A stretch of DNA of 63,300 nt, filler included, from Acidimicrobiia bacterium (GTDB lineage: Bacteria; Actinomycetota; Acidimicrobiia; Spongiisociales; JAENVV01), in the NCBI GenBank assembly GCA_041577335.1. It is 4 parts of 3 records of this genome, joined end to end, with 100 filler letters (N's around TTAATTAATTAA, not from the genome) between each part and the next. Parts side by side here need not be neighbours in the genome. Positions count along the whole stretch, not along the records: positions 1 to 4,220 come from JBFGJH010000001.1; positions 4,321 to 20,708 come from JBFGJH010000002.1; 2 more parts are not named here. One strand, written 5' to 3'. Both the position numbers and the translations under genes were made by a program. This document shows, in pieces, positions 1 to 11,249 of this stretch (positions are counted from its first letter, which is position 1; each line of letters begins with the position of its first letter). The notes under the pieces are model-generated. The model worked only from the letters and a program-made list of their open reading frames with translations, did not search any database and had not been told where the DNA came from.

Positions 1-1203
1 GGTGAGCTCCTCGAGGCCCCCTCCGAGGCTGCGCAGCTTGATGGCGGCAACCTCGTAGTCGATCTCTTTGGGAAGTGTGTATATGCCCGGCTCGATTCCT
101 CCGGCTCGCGCGATGAGCCACTCGGCGGCCAGCGCTTGGTTTGAAAAACTCATGTCCATCACATCGGCGGGATGACCCTCGGCGGCGCCGAGATTCACGA
201 GCCTGCCCTCGGCCGCCACCATGAGCCGGCGTCCGTCGGCAAGCTCGAATTCGTCGAGGTTGTTGCGGACCGGCCGTTGGGCAACCGCCATCTCAGAGAG
301 TGCGGCGAGATCGATTTCGATGTCGAAGTGCCCCGCGTTCGACAGAATGGCGCCGTCTTTCATTCGCTCGAAATGCCGCCGCCTGAGCACATGCTTGTTG
401 CCGGTGACGGTCACGAAAATATCGCCAACCGCAGCCGCCGCGTCCGCCGTGAGCACCTGATGGCCATCCATTGCTGCCTCGAGGGCTCGAACCGGGTCGA
501 CCTCGACGACCGCCACCTTCGCCCCCATGCCGTCCGATCGCGAAGCAACGCCCCGACCGCAGTCTCCATATCCGACGACGACGACGGTGGCTCCGGCCAG
601 CAGCACGTTGGTCGCGCGAAGGATCCCGTCGAGCGATGACTGACCCGTCCCGTAGCGGTTGTCGAAAAGGTGTTTGGTCGCCGAGTCGTTGACGGCGACG
701 ACCGGTAGCCGCAGCGTCCCGTCGGCGGCCATGGCGCGGAGGCGGATGACGCCCGTCGTCGTCTCCTCGGTCGAGCCAACGGGCTGCAACTCCGTGCGAT
801 CGGTGTGCAGCACCGTTGCCAGGTCGGCGCCATCGTCCATCGTGACGTCCGGCTTGGCGTCGAGCACCGAGTGAATGTGGCGGTAATAGACCTCATCGTC
901 CTCGCCTCGGACTGCGAAGACCGCGATCCCGTCGGCAACGAGCGCGGCGGCCACATCGTCCTGTGTGGAGAGCGGGTTCGATGCACACAGCAACGGACGG
1001 GCACCGCCGTCACGGAGTGCCAGCATCAAGTTGGCGGTTTCTGCAGTGACGTGTAGGCATGCTGCCACCGTGCGGCCCTCGAGGGGCCTTTCCGCCCGGA
1101 ATCTCTCCCGGACAGAAGCAAGAGCCGGCATCCGCCGGCCGGCCCATTCGATCCGACGTGCCCCCGCCTCGGCCAGCGCCGGATCGGCGATGTCATAGTC
1201 CAT
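1..1203 (-). CDS. ahcY: Adenosylhomocysteinase (3' end runs off window)
   Basis: Hand translation from ATG at 1203: MDYDIADPALAEAGARRIEWAG...ACLHVTAETANL...SNPLSTQDDVAA...EETTTG...KHLFDNRYGTG...YTLPKEIDYEVAAIKL. Absent from the ORF track because there is no stop in the window. Confidence 0.95.
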   Translation of the reverse strand, partial: MDYDIADPALAEAGARRIEWAGRRMPALASVRERFRAERPLEGRTVAACLHVTAETANLMLALRDGGARPLLCASNPLSTQDDVAAALVADGIAVFAVRGEDDEVYYRHIHSVLDAKPDVTMDDGADLATVLHTDRTELQPVGSTEETTTGVIRLRAMAADGTLRLPVVAVNDSATKHLFDNRYGTGQSSLDGILRATNVLLAGATVVVVGYGDCGRGVASRSDGMGAKVAVVEVDPVRALEAAMDGHQVLTADAAAAVGDIFVTVTGNKHVLRRRHFERMKDGAILSNAGHFDIEIDLAALSEMAVAQRPVRNNLDEFELADGRRLMVAAEGRLVNLGAAEGHPADVMDMSFSNQALAAEWLIARAGGIEPGIYTLPKEIDYEVAAIKLRSLGGGLEELT

Positions 1204-1211
1204 GTTGCTGT

Positions 1212-2186
1212 CTACCTCTCGCGTAGCTTCTCTTTGAATCTCTCCAGGGCGTCGACCGCCACCGGGTCGACTCCCGCCGTCTTGGCCACGGCCACGGTCG
1301 CCAGATCTCCGATCACCGTCAAATGGAGCATCCGCTCGACGTCGGTGGCTCCTCGCGCCACGACGTCGAGTATTGGTTCAGAAACGGCCTGGTGCATCAG
1401 CTTGAAGCGTTGTCGCACCGCAGCCGCCTCGACCCCCGAGCGCAGCGCCACCAACGCCGGTGCGTCGCCGGCCGCCAGCGGGACGAGCTCGTTGTGCGTC
1501 AGCTCCGGGACAATGCTCGCCGAAGCGTACCTGTCGGCGTTCTCGTTGAACTGCGTCTTCCACCGATATGCCACTGCCCCGAGCGGCTCGGCAGTGAGGA
1601 TTCCGACACGCCGGGCGCCCACGTGACTCGCTATCTCCGAGACCACCGCTCCGCTGTTCTCGAGCGATTCATCGAGGATCGACGCGGCGGCCTCGATCTC
1701 GACGCCCGGGTCGGGTATGAGCCCGGCTTCGGCCACGATCTTCATCAAAGCTCCAAAGCACATCCCGAATGCGGCTCGCGGCTGGTACCCGGCTTCCAGG
1801 TCGACGACCGGTATACCTTCGGCAGCTGCCAGGCGAGCCAGCTCTCCACCGGTGGTGACTGCCACGATATCGAGGCCGCCTTCGGCGGCGGCCACCAACG
1901 ATGACACGGCCTCCTCGGTATTGCCGGAATAGGACGTCACCACGATCAATGGGCGGACCCGATACGCCCAAGGCGGGATGCCGTAGTCCTTGTGGACGGC
2001 GACTTCGCTCCCAAATGCCGATGCGAGCCGTTGCACATAGTCACCGGCAATGCCAGAGCCGCCCATGCCGCAGGCGAGCACCCGGTTTGACTTCACCGCG
2101 GGCACATCCACGCCCAGTGCCCAGCGCAGCTGATCGGGCAAGGACGCGATCATTGCGTCCATGGACTGCGGAGTCTCCTCAATCAT
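1212..2186 (-). CDS. Bifunctional phosphoglucose/phosphomannose isomerase (SIS family)
   Basis: GMGGSG, SYSGNTEE, RWKTQFNENA and PELTHNE motifs. Confidence 0.9.
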   Translation of the reverse strand: MIEETPQSMDAMIASLPDQLRWALGVDVPAVKSNRVLACGMGGSGIAGDYVQRLASAFGSEVAVHKDYGIPPWAYRVRPLIVVTSYSGNTEEAVSSLVAAAEGGLDIVAVTTGGELARLAAAEGIPVVDLEAGYQPRAAFGMCFGALMKIVAEAGLIPDPGVEIEAAASILDESLENSGAVVSEIASHVGARRVGILTAEPLGAVAYRWKTQFNENADRYASASIVPELTHNELVPLAAGDAPALVALRSGVEAAAVRQRFKLMHQAVSEPILDVVARGATDVERMLHLTVIGDLATVAVAKTAGVDPVAVDALERFKEKLRER

Positions 2187-2337
2187 CGATGATCATGTTT
2201 GGGACACCGTCTTCGACCGGAAACAGGAGGCCGTCATCGACGCATACCAGCGCGGACCGATCCTCGTCCTCGGTCAGGTCGGCGTGGCATCTCGGACATA
2301 CGAGAAGCTCCGCCAGCAGGGGATCAATGAGCGGCAC
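2179..2337 (-). CDS. Trm112-family small protein (52 aa)
   Basis: Hand translation from GTG at 2337: MPLIDPLLAELLVCPRCHADL...LFPVEDGVPNMIIDD; overlaps both neighbours. Confidence 0.85.
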   Translation of the reverse strand: MPLIDPLLAELLVCPRCHADLTEDEDRSALVCVDDGLLFPVEDGVPNMIIDD

Positions 2338-3676
2338 GGCTACCGCCGATGACCGCCAAAACGTCTTCCACCAGCGAGTGGAGGGCTGCCTGGTCTGCGG
2401 CTTCCACGTTGACGCGCAGGACGGGCTCTGTGTTCGATGGCCGTACGTTGAACCATCGATCGTCCCAACCGATGGTCAGACCATCCAGCTCGTCGACCTC
2501 CCCGGCAGCAAAATGCTCGCGCAACCGGTCCAGCGCACCCTGCTTGTCCTCGATTTCGATGTTGATCTCGCCGGAGGCCTGGTACAACTCCACACCTTTG
2601 CGCAGCTCGGACAGCGGTTGGTCGGCCTCAGACAGAACCTGCAGGAGCACGAGCATGGCGAGCATGCCACTGTCGGCGCGGTAGTTGTCACGGAAGTAGT
2701 AGTGACCCGAGTGCTCGCCACCGAAGACGGCGTTCGTTTCGGCCATGACAGCCTTGATGTACGAATGGCCAACCATCGTCCGAACTGGTTCTCCGCCCTG
2801 TCGCCTGACCAACTCGGGAACCGACCGGGACGTGATGAGGTTGTGAACGATGACGGCGCCCGGCTCTCGGTCGAGGAACCACTGTGCCACGAGCGAGGTG
2901 GTTGTAGATCCAGACAACGGCACACCGGCGTCGTCGATGAAGAACGCTCGGTCGGCATCACCGTCGAAGGCCACGCCGAGATCGAACGTCTCTTCGGTGA
3001 CGAGTGCGACGAGGTCCTTGAGGTTCTCAGGGTCGATCGGATTCGGCGGGTGGTTGGGGAAGGTCCCGTCTGGCTCGATGTAGAGGCCGACCATTTCGGC
3101 GCTGAGGCGTTCGAACACCTCGGGAAGCACAACGCCGGCCATGCCGTTGCCACCATCCACGGCGACTCGCAATGGGACAATCGCAGTGGAGTCGACAATG
3201 CTGAACAGATGGTCGACGTAAGGCCCTGTCGCCGATTCCGACACGACGGTGCCGGCCGCCGCGGCGGGCGGTGGAGGAGTCGCCGTGAGTTGTTTGATCG
3301 TCTCGAGGCCTGACTCCACGCCGATAGGCCGAGCTCCGCTGCGGCAGAGTTTGATGCCGTTGTACTCGGGCGGATTGTGGGAAGCAGTGATCATCGCTCC
3401 GGGGATGTCGAGCGATCCCGAGACGAAGTACACGAGGTCCGTTGCCACCTCGCCGAGGTAGAGAACATCCACGCCCTGACCCACGACTCCATCGATGAAG
3501 GCGCCGGCGATTTCCGGCGACGACGCTCGACAATCGCGACCAAGCGCAATTCTCTCCGAGTCTGCAAACACGGCAAAGGCTGCCCCGATGCGACGGGCGA
3601 CCGCTTCATCGAGGGTGCCGATGTCCGTCCGCCCGCGGATGTCATACGCTTTGAAGATCGTGTCTAGGACGCTCAT
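2324..3676 (-). CDS. manB: Phosphomannomutase/phosphoglucomutase
   Basis: IFKAYDIRG, ITASHNP, FDGDADR and GGEHSGHYYF motifs; start at MSVLDT. Confidence 0.93.
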   Translation of the reverse strand: MSVLDTIFKAYDIRGRTDIGTLDEAVARRIGAAFAVFADSERIALGRDCRASSPEIAGAFIDGVVGQGVDVLYLGEVATDLVYFVSGSLDIPGAMITASHNPPEYNGIKLCRSGARPIGVESGLETIKQLTATPPPPAAAAGTVVSESATGPYVDHLFSIVDSTAIVPLRVAVDGGNGMAGVVLPEVFERLSAEMVGLYIEPDGTFPNHPPNPIDPENLKDLVALVTEETFDLGVAFDGDADRAFFIDDAGVPLSGSTTTSLVAQWFLDREPGAVIVHNLITSRSVPELVRRQGGEPVRTMVGHSYIKAVMAETNAVFGGEHSGHYYFRDNYRADSGMLAMLVLLQVLSEADQPLSELRKGVELYQASGEINIEIEDKQGALDRLREHFAAGEVDELDGLTIGWDDRWFNVRPSNTEPVLRVNVEAADQAALHSLVEDVLAVIGGSRAAH

Positions 3677-3797
3677 GGTCCAGCATCTTACGTCGGGTTG
3701 AGCCGCCAGACGTCCCCGACCATGGCGCCATGGCCGGCGACCGCTGCAAATGCCCGTCGAGCCCCGGGGCCATGGCCTCACCTACACTGCCCGAGAT

Positions 3798-4220
3798 ATG
3801 CCCGCTGCCCTCGTCTCGATCGTTGTTCCGGTACACAATGAGGCCGCCCACATCGGCGCTCTGATTCCCGCCATGGCCACCGAAGTCGTCGCCGCCGTCG
3901 GTCCCCAGGAGCTCTTGATCGTCGAGAATGGCTCGACCGACACGACCAACGAGGAAGCCGAGCGCATCTGCGAAGTGCTCGCGGGAGAAGGATGGAAAGC
4001 TCGCGTTCTCTCCTTGCCGGACCCGGACTACGGCATGGCCCTGCGGCACGGTTTCGCAGAGGCGTCCGGAGATTGGATCGTCAATTTCGATGTCGACTAT
4101 TTCTCCGGTGCGTTCGTGGCCGATGCGATTTCTCAAGACGGAGACATCGTGATCGCTTCGAAGCGAGCGCCCGGGAGCACCGATCAACGAAGCTGGTTCC
4201 GGCGGAGCGCAACAGCCGTC
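3798..4220 (+). CDS. Glycosyltransferase family 2 (partial, cut by gap)
   Basis: VSIVVPVHNE, VENGSTD and FDVD (DxD) motifs. Confidence 0.85.
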
Positions 4221-4320
4221 NNNNNNNNNNNNNNNNNNNNNNNNNNNNNNNNNNNNNNNNNNNNTTAATTAATTAANNNNNNNNNNNNNNNNNNNNNNNN
4301 NNNNNNNNNNNNNNNNNNNN
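4221..4320. other. Artificial contig-joining spacer
   Basis: N runs flanking TTAATTAATTAA (stops in six frames). Confidence 0.98.
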
Positions 4321-6533
4321 ACACCTTCGAGCTGCTGTATTCGGGTCGGGGCACCGTGGCGGGGGCATCCTTCACCGACGTGATCGCCCAGCGCCCGGCT
4401 CTGACGCTCCTTGTGTTTGTGTCCGTGGCAGTGGCGGTGGTTCTCCTCGTCAACCTGCGCTCGCGGGGATGGCTCCTCCCCGCCATCGCGGTGGGAGGGT
4501 GGTTGCTCATCTCGATCATCGGCGGTGGGCTGGTCCCGGCTGGAGTTCAGCAGCTGTCGGTGGTGCCTGATGAGATCAACAAGGAGATCCAGTATGTGCA
4601 GCACAACATCGAGTTCACGCGGTACGCATATGGAATCAACGACGTAGAAACCCGATCGTTCGACGCCCGGCAGAACCTCGAAATCTCCGACCTCGAGGCG
4701 AGCACGGCGACACTCGACAACTTGCGCTTATGGGACCCGGCGGTTCTCCGCTCGACGTACAAGAGCAGTCAGGAGCTCCGCCCGTTCTACGAATTCGAAG
4801 ATGTCGACGTGGATCGGTACGTCATCGATGATGAGCTCACGCAGGTTCTCCTGTCGCCCCGGGAGCTGGTCCGACCCGAGACGAGCGATGACTGGATCAA
4901 CAGTCACCTCGTGTTCACGCACGGATTCGGTGCCGTCGTCAGCCAGGCCAATGCCGTAACCGGCGAAGGAAAACCGGACTACCTCGTGCGAGACATTCCT
5001 CCGCAATCGAGCGACCCCATTCTCGAGATCGAACAACCTCGCATCTACTTCGGAGAAGCATTGCCGCGGAACTCGATCGTCATCGCCGGCACGTCCGAAA
5101 TGGAGATTGACCGACCCGTGGGCGAGGGCGACGACGCTATCGAGTTCAACAGCTACGACGGTCCTGGTGGCGTCGAAGCGGGCAACCTGCTGCGCCGGGC
5201 CGCTTTTGCGGTGCGCTACTCCGATTTCAACATCATCATCAGCCAGCAGCTCGAGGCCGACAGCAAAGTGCTGATGCGACGGAACGTCGTCGATCGAGTC
5301 GCGTCGGGGGCACCCTTCATGAGTGTCGACTCCGATCCCTACATGGTGGTACTCGACGGACGGCTGGTGTGGGTGGTCGACCTCTACACGACCAGCGAGT
5401 GGTTTCCCTACTCGCAATCGGCCGAAACCGGCCGATTGCGTGCGGTTTCCGATGGCGCCATCAACACGGATCCCTATCTCTCGAACCGGTTCAACTACCT
5501 ACGCAACCCGGTGAAGGCAACGGTCGACGCCTATACGGGTGAGATGACGTACTACGTGATCGACGAAACGGATCCCGTGCTGGGCGCATACCGTCAAGCG
5601 TTTCCTGATCTGTTCACCTCAGCCGATGAAATGCCGGATGGCCTTGCCGAACACTTCCGCTATCCAGAAGACATGTTCCGTGTCCAGACCGACATGTTCC
5701 GCCGTTATCACGTCACCGGTGCCCGAGACTTCTTCACCGACTCTGACCGCTGGGACATCGCCGTAGACCCGGCCACGTCGCCGCGAGATCCGATCCGCCG
5801 GCCCGTCTTCGATCAAGATCGGCGTCAGATCCTTCAAATGGAGCCCTATTACCTGCTGATCAGACTTCCGGGGGAGGACGAGTTGTCGTTTCTGATGATG
5901 CAGCCGTTCACGCCGGAAGCCAAAGCGAACATGATCTCGTTCCTCGTGGCCAAGAGCGACCCGGGATCATATGGCGATTTGATCGTGTATCAGTTGCAGC
6001 GCGACCGGCAGTTCGACGGGCCGGCCCTCGTCGGTCAAGACATCAATCAAGACTCTGATTTCTCAGCCCTTCGCACGCTCGAGGGACAGGAAGGATCGGA
6101 ATTCATCCAGGGTCAGATGCTCGTGATCCCGATCGAGGAGTCGATTCTCTACGTTCAGCCGATCTACTTGCAGGGCGATTCCGGTCAGATCCCGGAGTTC
6201 AAGCGGGTCGTCGTCGCGTACGGCGACACGATTGGGTTCGGAGAATCGCTCGATCAGGCACTGGCGCAAGTCTTTCCCGATTTCGCCCCCACTGCGGTTC
6301 CGCTCGATCCCCAGCCTGTCGACGCCGAGCCCACCGACGCCGAGCCCACCGACGGAGAAACGGTCGTCGTGTCGGGAGACGTGGCCGAGTTGCTCGCGTC
6401 GGCAGAAGAGGCTTTTGCAGCTGCAAACCTGGCGCTCGCCGCCGGAGATCTGGGCACGTACCAGACCAAAGTCGAAGAGGCAGCGGCGTTGATTCAGGCC
6501 GCTCAAGAGTTGATCGAGGCCGGCGACAGTTGA
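4321..6533 (+). CDS. UPF0182 family membrane protein (5' partial)
   Basis: NLRLWDP, DVDVDRY, HLVFTHGFG, FNYLRNPVKATVDAYTG, HFRYPEDMF and LYVQPIYL motifs. Confidence 0.93.
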
Positions 6534-6590
6534 CCCGGCAGGTGGCTCGTTGTCTCGCTTTTTGGCGTTGATCCGCCCACAATTGGTTCC

Positions 6591-7424
6591 GTGAACCCGG
6601 TTACGTTGCTTCGCCTTCTCGAAACTCACGAGTTTCAGATTGGGCTGATAGCCGGCATCGTCGGCTTTGTCGTGGCTCTCATCCTGCGTGACCGTCGCCC
6701 ACACTTCGCGTTGCTTTTTTCGTTCGCCGCAGTGGCGGCAATTGGCTGGCTACGGCTGTTTTCGGCCTCGTTGCTCGAGGATGCGTTTCTCCGACGATGG
6801 TGGGTTCTCCCGGCCGCGGTGACATCCATTGCCATCATCACCTACGGCCTCAGCCGCGACAGCGGATTCCTGCATCCCGTGTGGCCGACCGCCGTGTCGT
6901 TGGGTGGCGTATGGGCGACCGTCCCAGACACCGAAGAGGCCGCAGTGGTGCTCGGCGTGATCTCTGGGTTGCTGCTGATGTCGATCCTTCCCCGATCAGC
7001 CAATCTCGCCCTCGTCGGGTCCGAGTTCCTCGCCCTGATCGTCGTGTGGGTGGTCGCAGTCGGATCTCTCGGTAGGGATGGTGCGATCGTGGGTGGCCTG
7101 GGAGCTTTGGCATCGCTGGCGCTCATCCGGTGGCGCCAGGTCGACAGCGGGTGGTGGGACCTGGGCCTCCACGTGGGGTTGGTGTTGGTATGGTCGCGAG
7201 TCGCCGGACTGCGGCAGGCGGCGTGGGAAGCTGCAGCGCTCGGCGTCACCGCGACCGTCGTGGTTGCGGCGGTGCGCTGGCAGGTCGCCAGGCGGCTAAG
7301 GAACCGACCTGAGTCGGGAGTGACGATAGTGGAGCATCGCCCAGAACCATCCGCCACACAAGACGACGGCAATGGCGGTGACGATGATCGCGGTCGGGGT
7401 GAACGTCACGAGAACCAGGGTTGA
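6591..7424 (+). CDS. Polytopic membrane protein, function unknown
   Basis: Many hydrophobic segments; 3' end overlaps the convergent TauE gene. Confidence 0.6.
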   Translation: MNPVTLLRLLETHEFQIGLIAGIVGFVVALILRDRRPHFALLFSFAAVAAIGWLRLFSASLLEDAFLRRWWVLPAAVTSIAIITYGLSRDSGFLHPVWPTAVSLGGVWATVPDTEEAAVVLGVISGLLLMSILPRSANLALVGSEFLALIVVWVVAVGSLGRDGAIVGGLGALASLALIRWRQVDSGWWDLGLHVGLVLVWSRVAGLRQAAWEAAALGVTATVVVAAVRWQVARRLRNRPESGVTIVEHRPEPSATQDDGNGGDDDRGRGERHENQG

Positions 7425-8336
7425 GATGAGCTCGATGGTGATGAGGGTGAGCAACAGAACGATGATGTTGTCTCGGGTCGCCCGCGACGCAAAGTAGGCG
7501 CCTGCGGGAGCGCCGAGCACAACGATTGGGACGGCTACGAGCCAGTATTCGAATGCGATCCCGACGTCGTGGCTGATTGCCACATGCAGGAATGTCCCGA
7601 CAATCGAGTTGATCGCCATGATGATGACGGTGGTGGGAGTGCTCACCTTTTCGTCGATGCCAATGGCCAGCGTGAGCACGATGAAGGTGAGCATGTCGAT
7701 CCCCGAGCCGGTGTTGGCGGCCACGATTCCTCCGGCGACGCCGATCACCAAGAAGAGAGCCCGGTTGCCGTTGGTCCATGACGGCATATGCTGGCGCGGG
7801 ACCCACTTCAATGCCCACCTGGAGATCGCCAGCGCCACACCGAACACCGTGGCGACAAACGTGAACAGAATCTTTGAGTACGGGCTCGCCAACCCGATGT
7901 AGTAAGTCCCCAGAATCTGGCCGAAGACGCCGCCCAATGAGGCCCAGAGGATCACGCGGGGAAGAATGGGGACTCGACGAGCGACGATCACGATGCCGGC
8001 AAACGTCATTCCCACCGACTGGATGAGCAGTCCAAATGTGCGGGCGGTCGTTGGCTCGATCGACAAGACTTTGGTGAAGACCGGAAACGCGACGGCGGCG
8101 CCGCCTTCCGCCGTGGCTCCGGCAACGAAGGAGCCCAAAGACATCGTCAGGCTGACGGGCCAGAACTCGGCGAACAGGCCCCAAGACGAGGTGGTAATCA
8201 TGTAGCTCAGCCACACGATGTAGAACACAACGAGCGCAACGGGGTAGGCCCAACGTCGGACGCGATCAGCAATTGTCGGCGATGGTTGCCCGGCTGCCGG
8301 TTGTTCTTCGGACGTGACCGGAGTAGCCGTCACCAT
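7296..8336 (-). CDS. TauE/SafE family sulfite/organosulfur exporter
   Basis: FVAGATAEGGAAVAFPV, GGIVAANTGSGID and VVLGAPAGA motifs, multi-TM; start at MVTATP after an AGGGGG RBS. Confidence 0.82.
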   Translation of the reverse strand: MVTATPVTSEEQPAAGQPSPTIADRVRRWAYPVALVVFYIVWLSYMITTSSWGLFAEFWPVSLTMSLGSFVAGATAEGGAAVAFPVFTKVLSIEPTTARTFGLLIQSVGMTFAGIVIVARRVPILPRVILWASLGGVFGQILGTYYIGLASPYSKILFTFVATVFGVALAISRWALKWVPRQHMPSWTNGNRALFLVIGVAGGIVAANTGSGIDMLTFIVLTLAIGIDEKVSTPTTVIIMAINSIVGTFLHVAISHDVGIAFEYWLVAVPIVVLGAPAGAYFASRATRDNIIVLLLTLITIELISTLVLVTFTPTAIIVTAIAVVLCGGWFWAMLHYRHSRLRSVP

Positions 8337-8452
8337 CCCCCCTTTGTGCCCCTCTGCCAACTGTTCCTCAGCTGGGAGTCGCGGCGATCCCTGTTGCCGC
8401 AGACGGCGGTAAGGATGGCCGCTCCACCTATCAAATGCAAAAAAACTTCCGG

Positions 8453-9586
<1,134 letters not shown>

Positions 9587-9825
9587 CGTTCGCCCGTCTT
9601 CGAGATCTGTTTGGTCGGCGCCACGCTACTCGGCGGAGCGGTCGCCTTGCTGTGGACACAGATGAGAGCGCCGACTACGTTAGGGCCGCAATTTCGATTG
9701 TGGCCGCCGTGACGCGGCCAGTGGTCAGGGGGGTGTTTTCTGATGGATGACACAAGCACAGGGACGGTCATCGATACCGCTCGCTTGGTCGATTTTTGCC
9801 GCGGAGGCTCGATGGGATCCAGGCG

Positions 9826-10221
9826 ATGAAACTGTCGATCGAGTTCCCACCGATCAGCCCGGCGATCGAGGCTGGGACGGTGGCCAAATGGCACAAAGCG
9901 GTCGGCGATGAGGTCTCTTATGGGGATGATCTGTTCGACATTGCCATCGAGGAGGTCACCCGCATGCGTCGCAGCCTCAGCGCACGGGTGCGAAAGCCAT
10001 CGAAAGCCAAATACCGCAAGCTATCCGATGTCAGCGTGATGTATCGGGTGACGTCGATGGACTCGGGAAGACTCACCAACATCGAGGCGCTCGAAGGGAC
10101 GGCGATCGCCGTGGGTGATGTCGTGGCGCACCTCGACGTTGGCGGGGGCGACGGCGAGTCGACTGCATCGGCCCGCACTTCGTTCAATCTGGTCGGCTCG
10201 AATTCGGAATCTTCGTCATGA
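9826..10221 (+). CDS. Biotinyl/lipoyl-fold-like protein A with insertion at the lysine hairpin
   Basis: GTVAKWHKAVGDEV..GDDLFDI ... SGRLTNIEALEGTAIAVGDVVAHL resembles a lipoyl domain, but DKA/MKM is absent. Confidence 0.7.
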   Translation: MKLSIEFPPISPAIEAGTVAKWHKAVGDEVSYGDDLFDIAIEEVTRMRRSLSARVRKPSKAKYRKLSDVSVMYRVTSMDSGRLTNIEALEGTAIAVGDVVAHLDVGGGDGESTASARTSFNLVGSNSESSS

Positions 10222-11213
10222 GCACGCTGAAGATCCGGGCAGTGCGGGTGCTCCGCAAGGTTGCCGGCACCAACCCATATGCCGCCAAGAAGCTCAAGGC
10301 GCTGTACTCGAAGCCGAAGGTGCAATCTGGCGAGAACTTCACCCAGATGACGGGGCGCCAGTACACCATCGTCCGGTCCAAACAGGGAGCGGACGAGCGT
10401 CGGGTCGGCATCTATCTGCGAGGGGCCTGCGACCTGCCGGCGCTGTTTCGGATCGCACCTCTCATGCGAGACACGTTCCGCGGGACATGCGCCATCAAGC
10501 GAGATCCCAATGAAATCTCCGGTTCCCGGTCGGACCTGATGATGCAGACCCTGCATGACCTCGCCAATGTCCCCCAAGAGACCCTCGACGAGGTGACGGC
10601 AGCATTCAAGCTGGGCGTCCGATATTTCAGCAGCGACATCTTCGACCCGGCCTTCACGATCGAAGGCCAGCAGCGAGAGATGACGTTCGACAAGAACGTC
10701 ATTGTCCTGTCCGCCGCTGCCGACTTCTCCCGCACGCTCTACCGGCATCGTGAGCACGGGCTGCTCGTCGATCCGGGCGGGTTCTGGTTGAACTCTTCCA
10801 TCGACAGCGCTCTCCATGACATGGACGCTGTGAAATGGTTCAACAAGAACTTCAAGAGCATCGGGAAGATGACGCCGGAGGACTACCACCGCGAGTTCGG
10901 CGCATTTGTCACCGAGGTCAAGAAGCGCACTGGCGCACACGTCATGGTGCTGAATCTCTTGGCCGTCGATCCGGCCGACCTGACGCACAACTACCGGCTC
11001 ATCAAGAACCCGGACAATGCGCGCCGGCGCGCCTTCAACGTCGCTCTCGCCGAGATGTCCGAACAACACGACTTCGACATCGTCGACGTAGACCGCATCC
11101 TCAAGGGCGGCGGAATCTCCGGTCAGGTCGACTTTGCGCATGCATCGGAGGAGCAGTTCATGCCGGTCGCAGCCGAGGCGTATCGAATCCTCAAAGAGCG
11201 TGAGATCCTCTGA
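10218..11213 (+). CDS. SGNH-like protein, Cys type, paralogue 1
   Basis: GIYLRGACDL, LYRHREHG, DVDRILK and QVDFAH motifs; ATGA-coupled to the upstream gene. Confidence 0.7.
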   Translation: MSTLKIRAVRVLRKVAGTNPYAAKKLKALYSKPKVQSGENFTQMTGRQYTIVRSKQGADERRVGIYLRGACDLPALFRIAPLMRDTFRGTCAIKRDPNEISGSRSDLMMQTLHDLANVPQETLDEVTAAFKLGVRYFSSDIFDPAFTIEGQQREMTFDKNVIVLSAAADFSRTLYRHREHGLLVDPGGFWLNSSIDSALHDMDAVKWFNKNFKSIGKMTPEDYHREFGAFVTEVKKRTGAHVMVLNLLAVDPADLTHNYRLIKNPDNARRRAFNVALAEMSEQHDFDIVDVDRILKGGGISGQVDFAHASEEQFMPVAAEAYRILKEREIL

Positions 11214-11249
11214 CGTAGGATTGGTTGCGCAGGACGATTCGGGGGAATC

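Noticed and set aside
1901..3313. Long antisense or alternative-frame ORFs (also 9918-11141, 24881-26101, 60065-61039 and others)
   Set aside because: Shadow ORFs of well-supported genes in high-GC DNA, with no recognisable motifs.
1..3676. manB-trm112-isomerase-ahcY operon
   Set aside because: Familiar actinobacterial housekeeping arrangement.
6321..6354. 15-bp tandem duplication in UPF0182
   Set aside because: In-frame DAEPT repeat in a low-complexity linker; ordinary.
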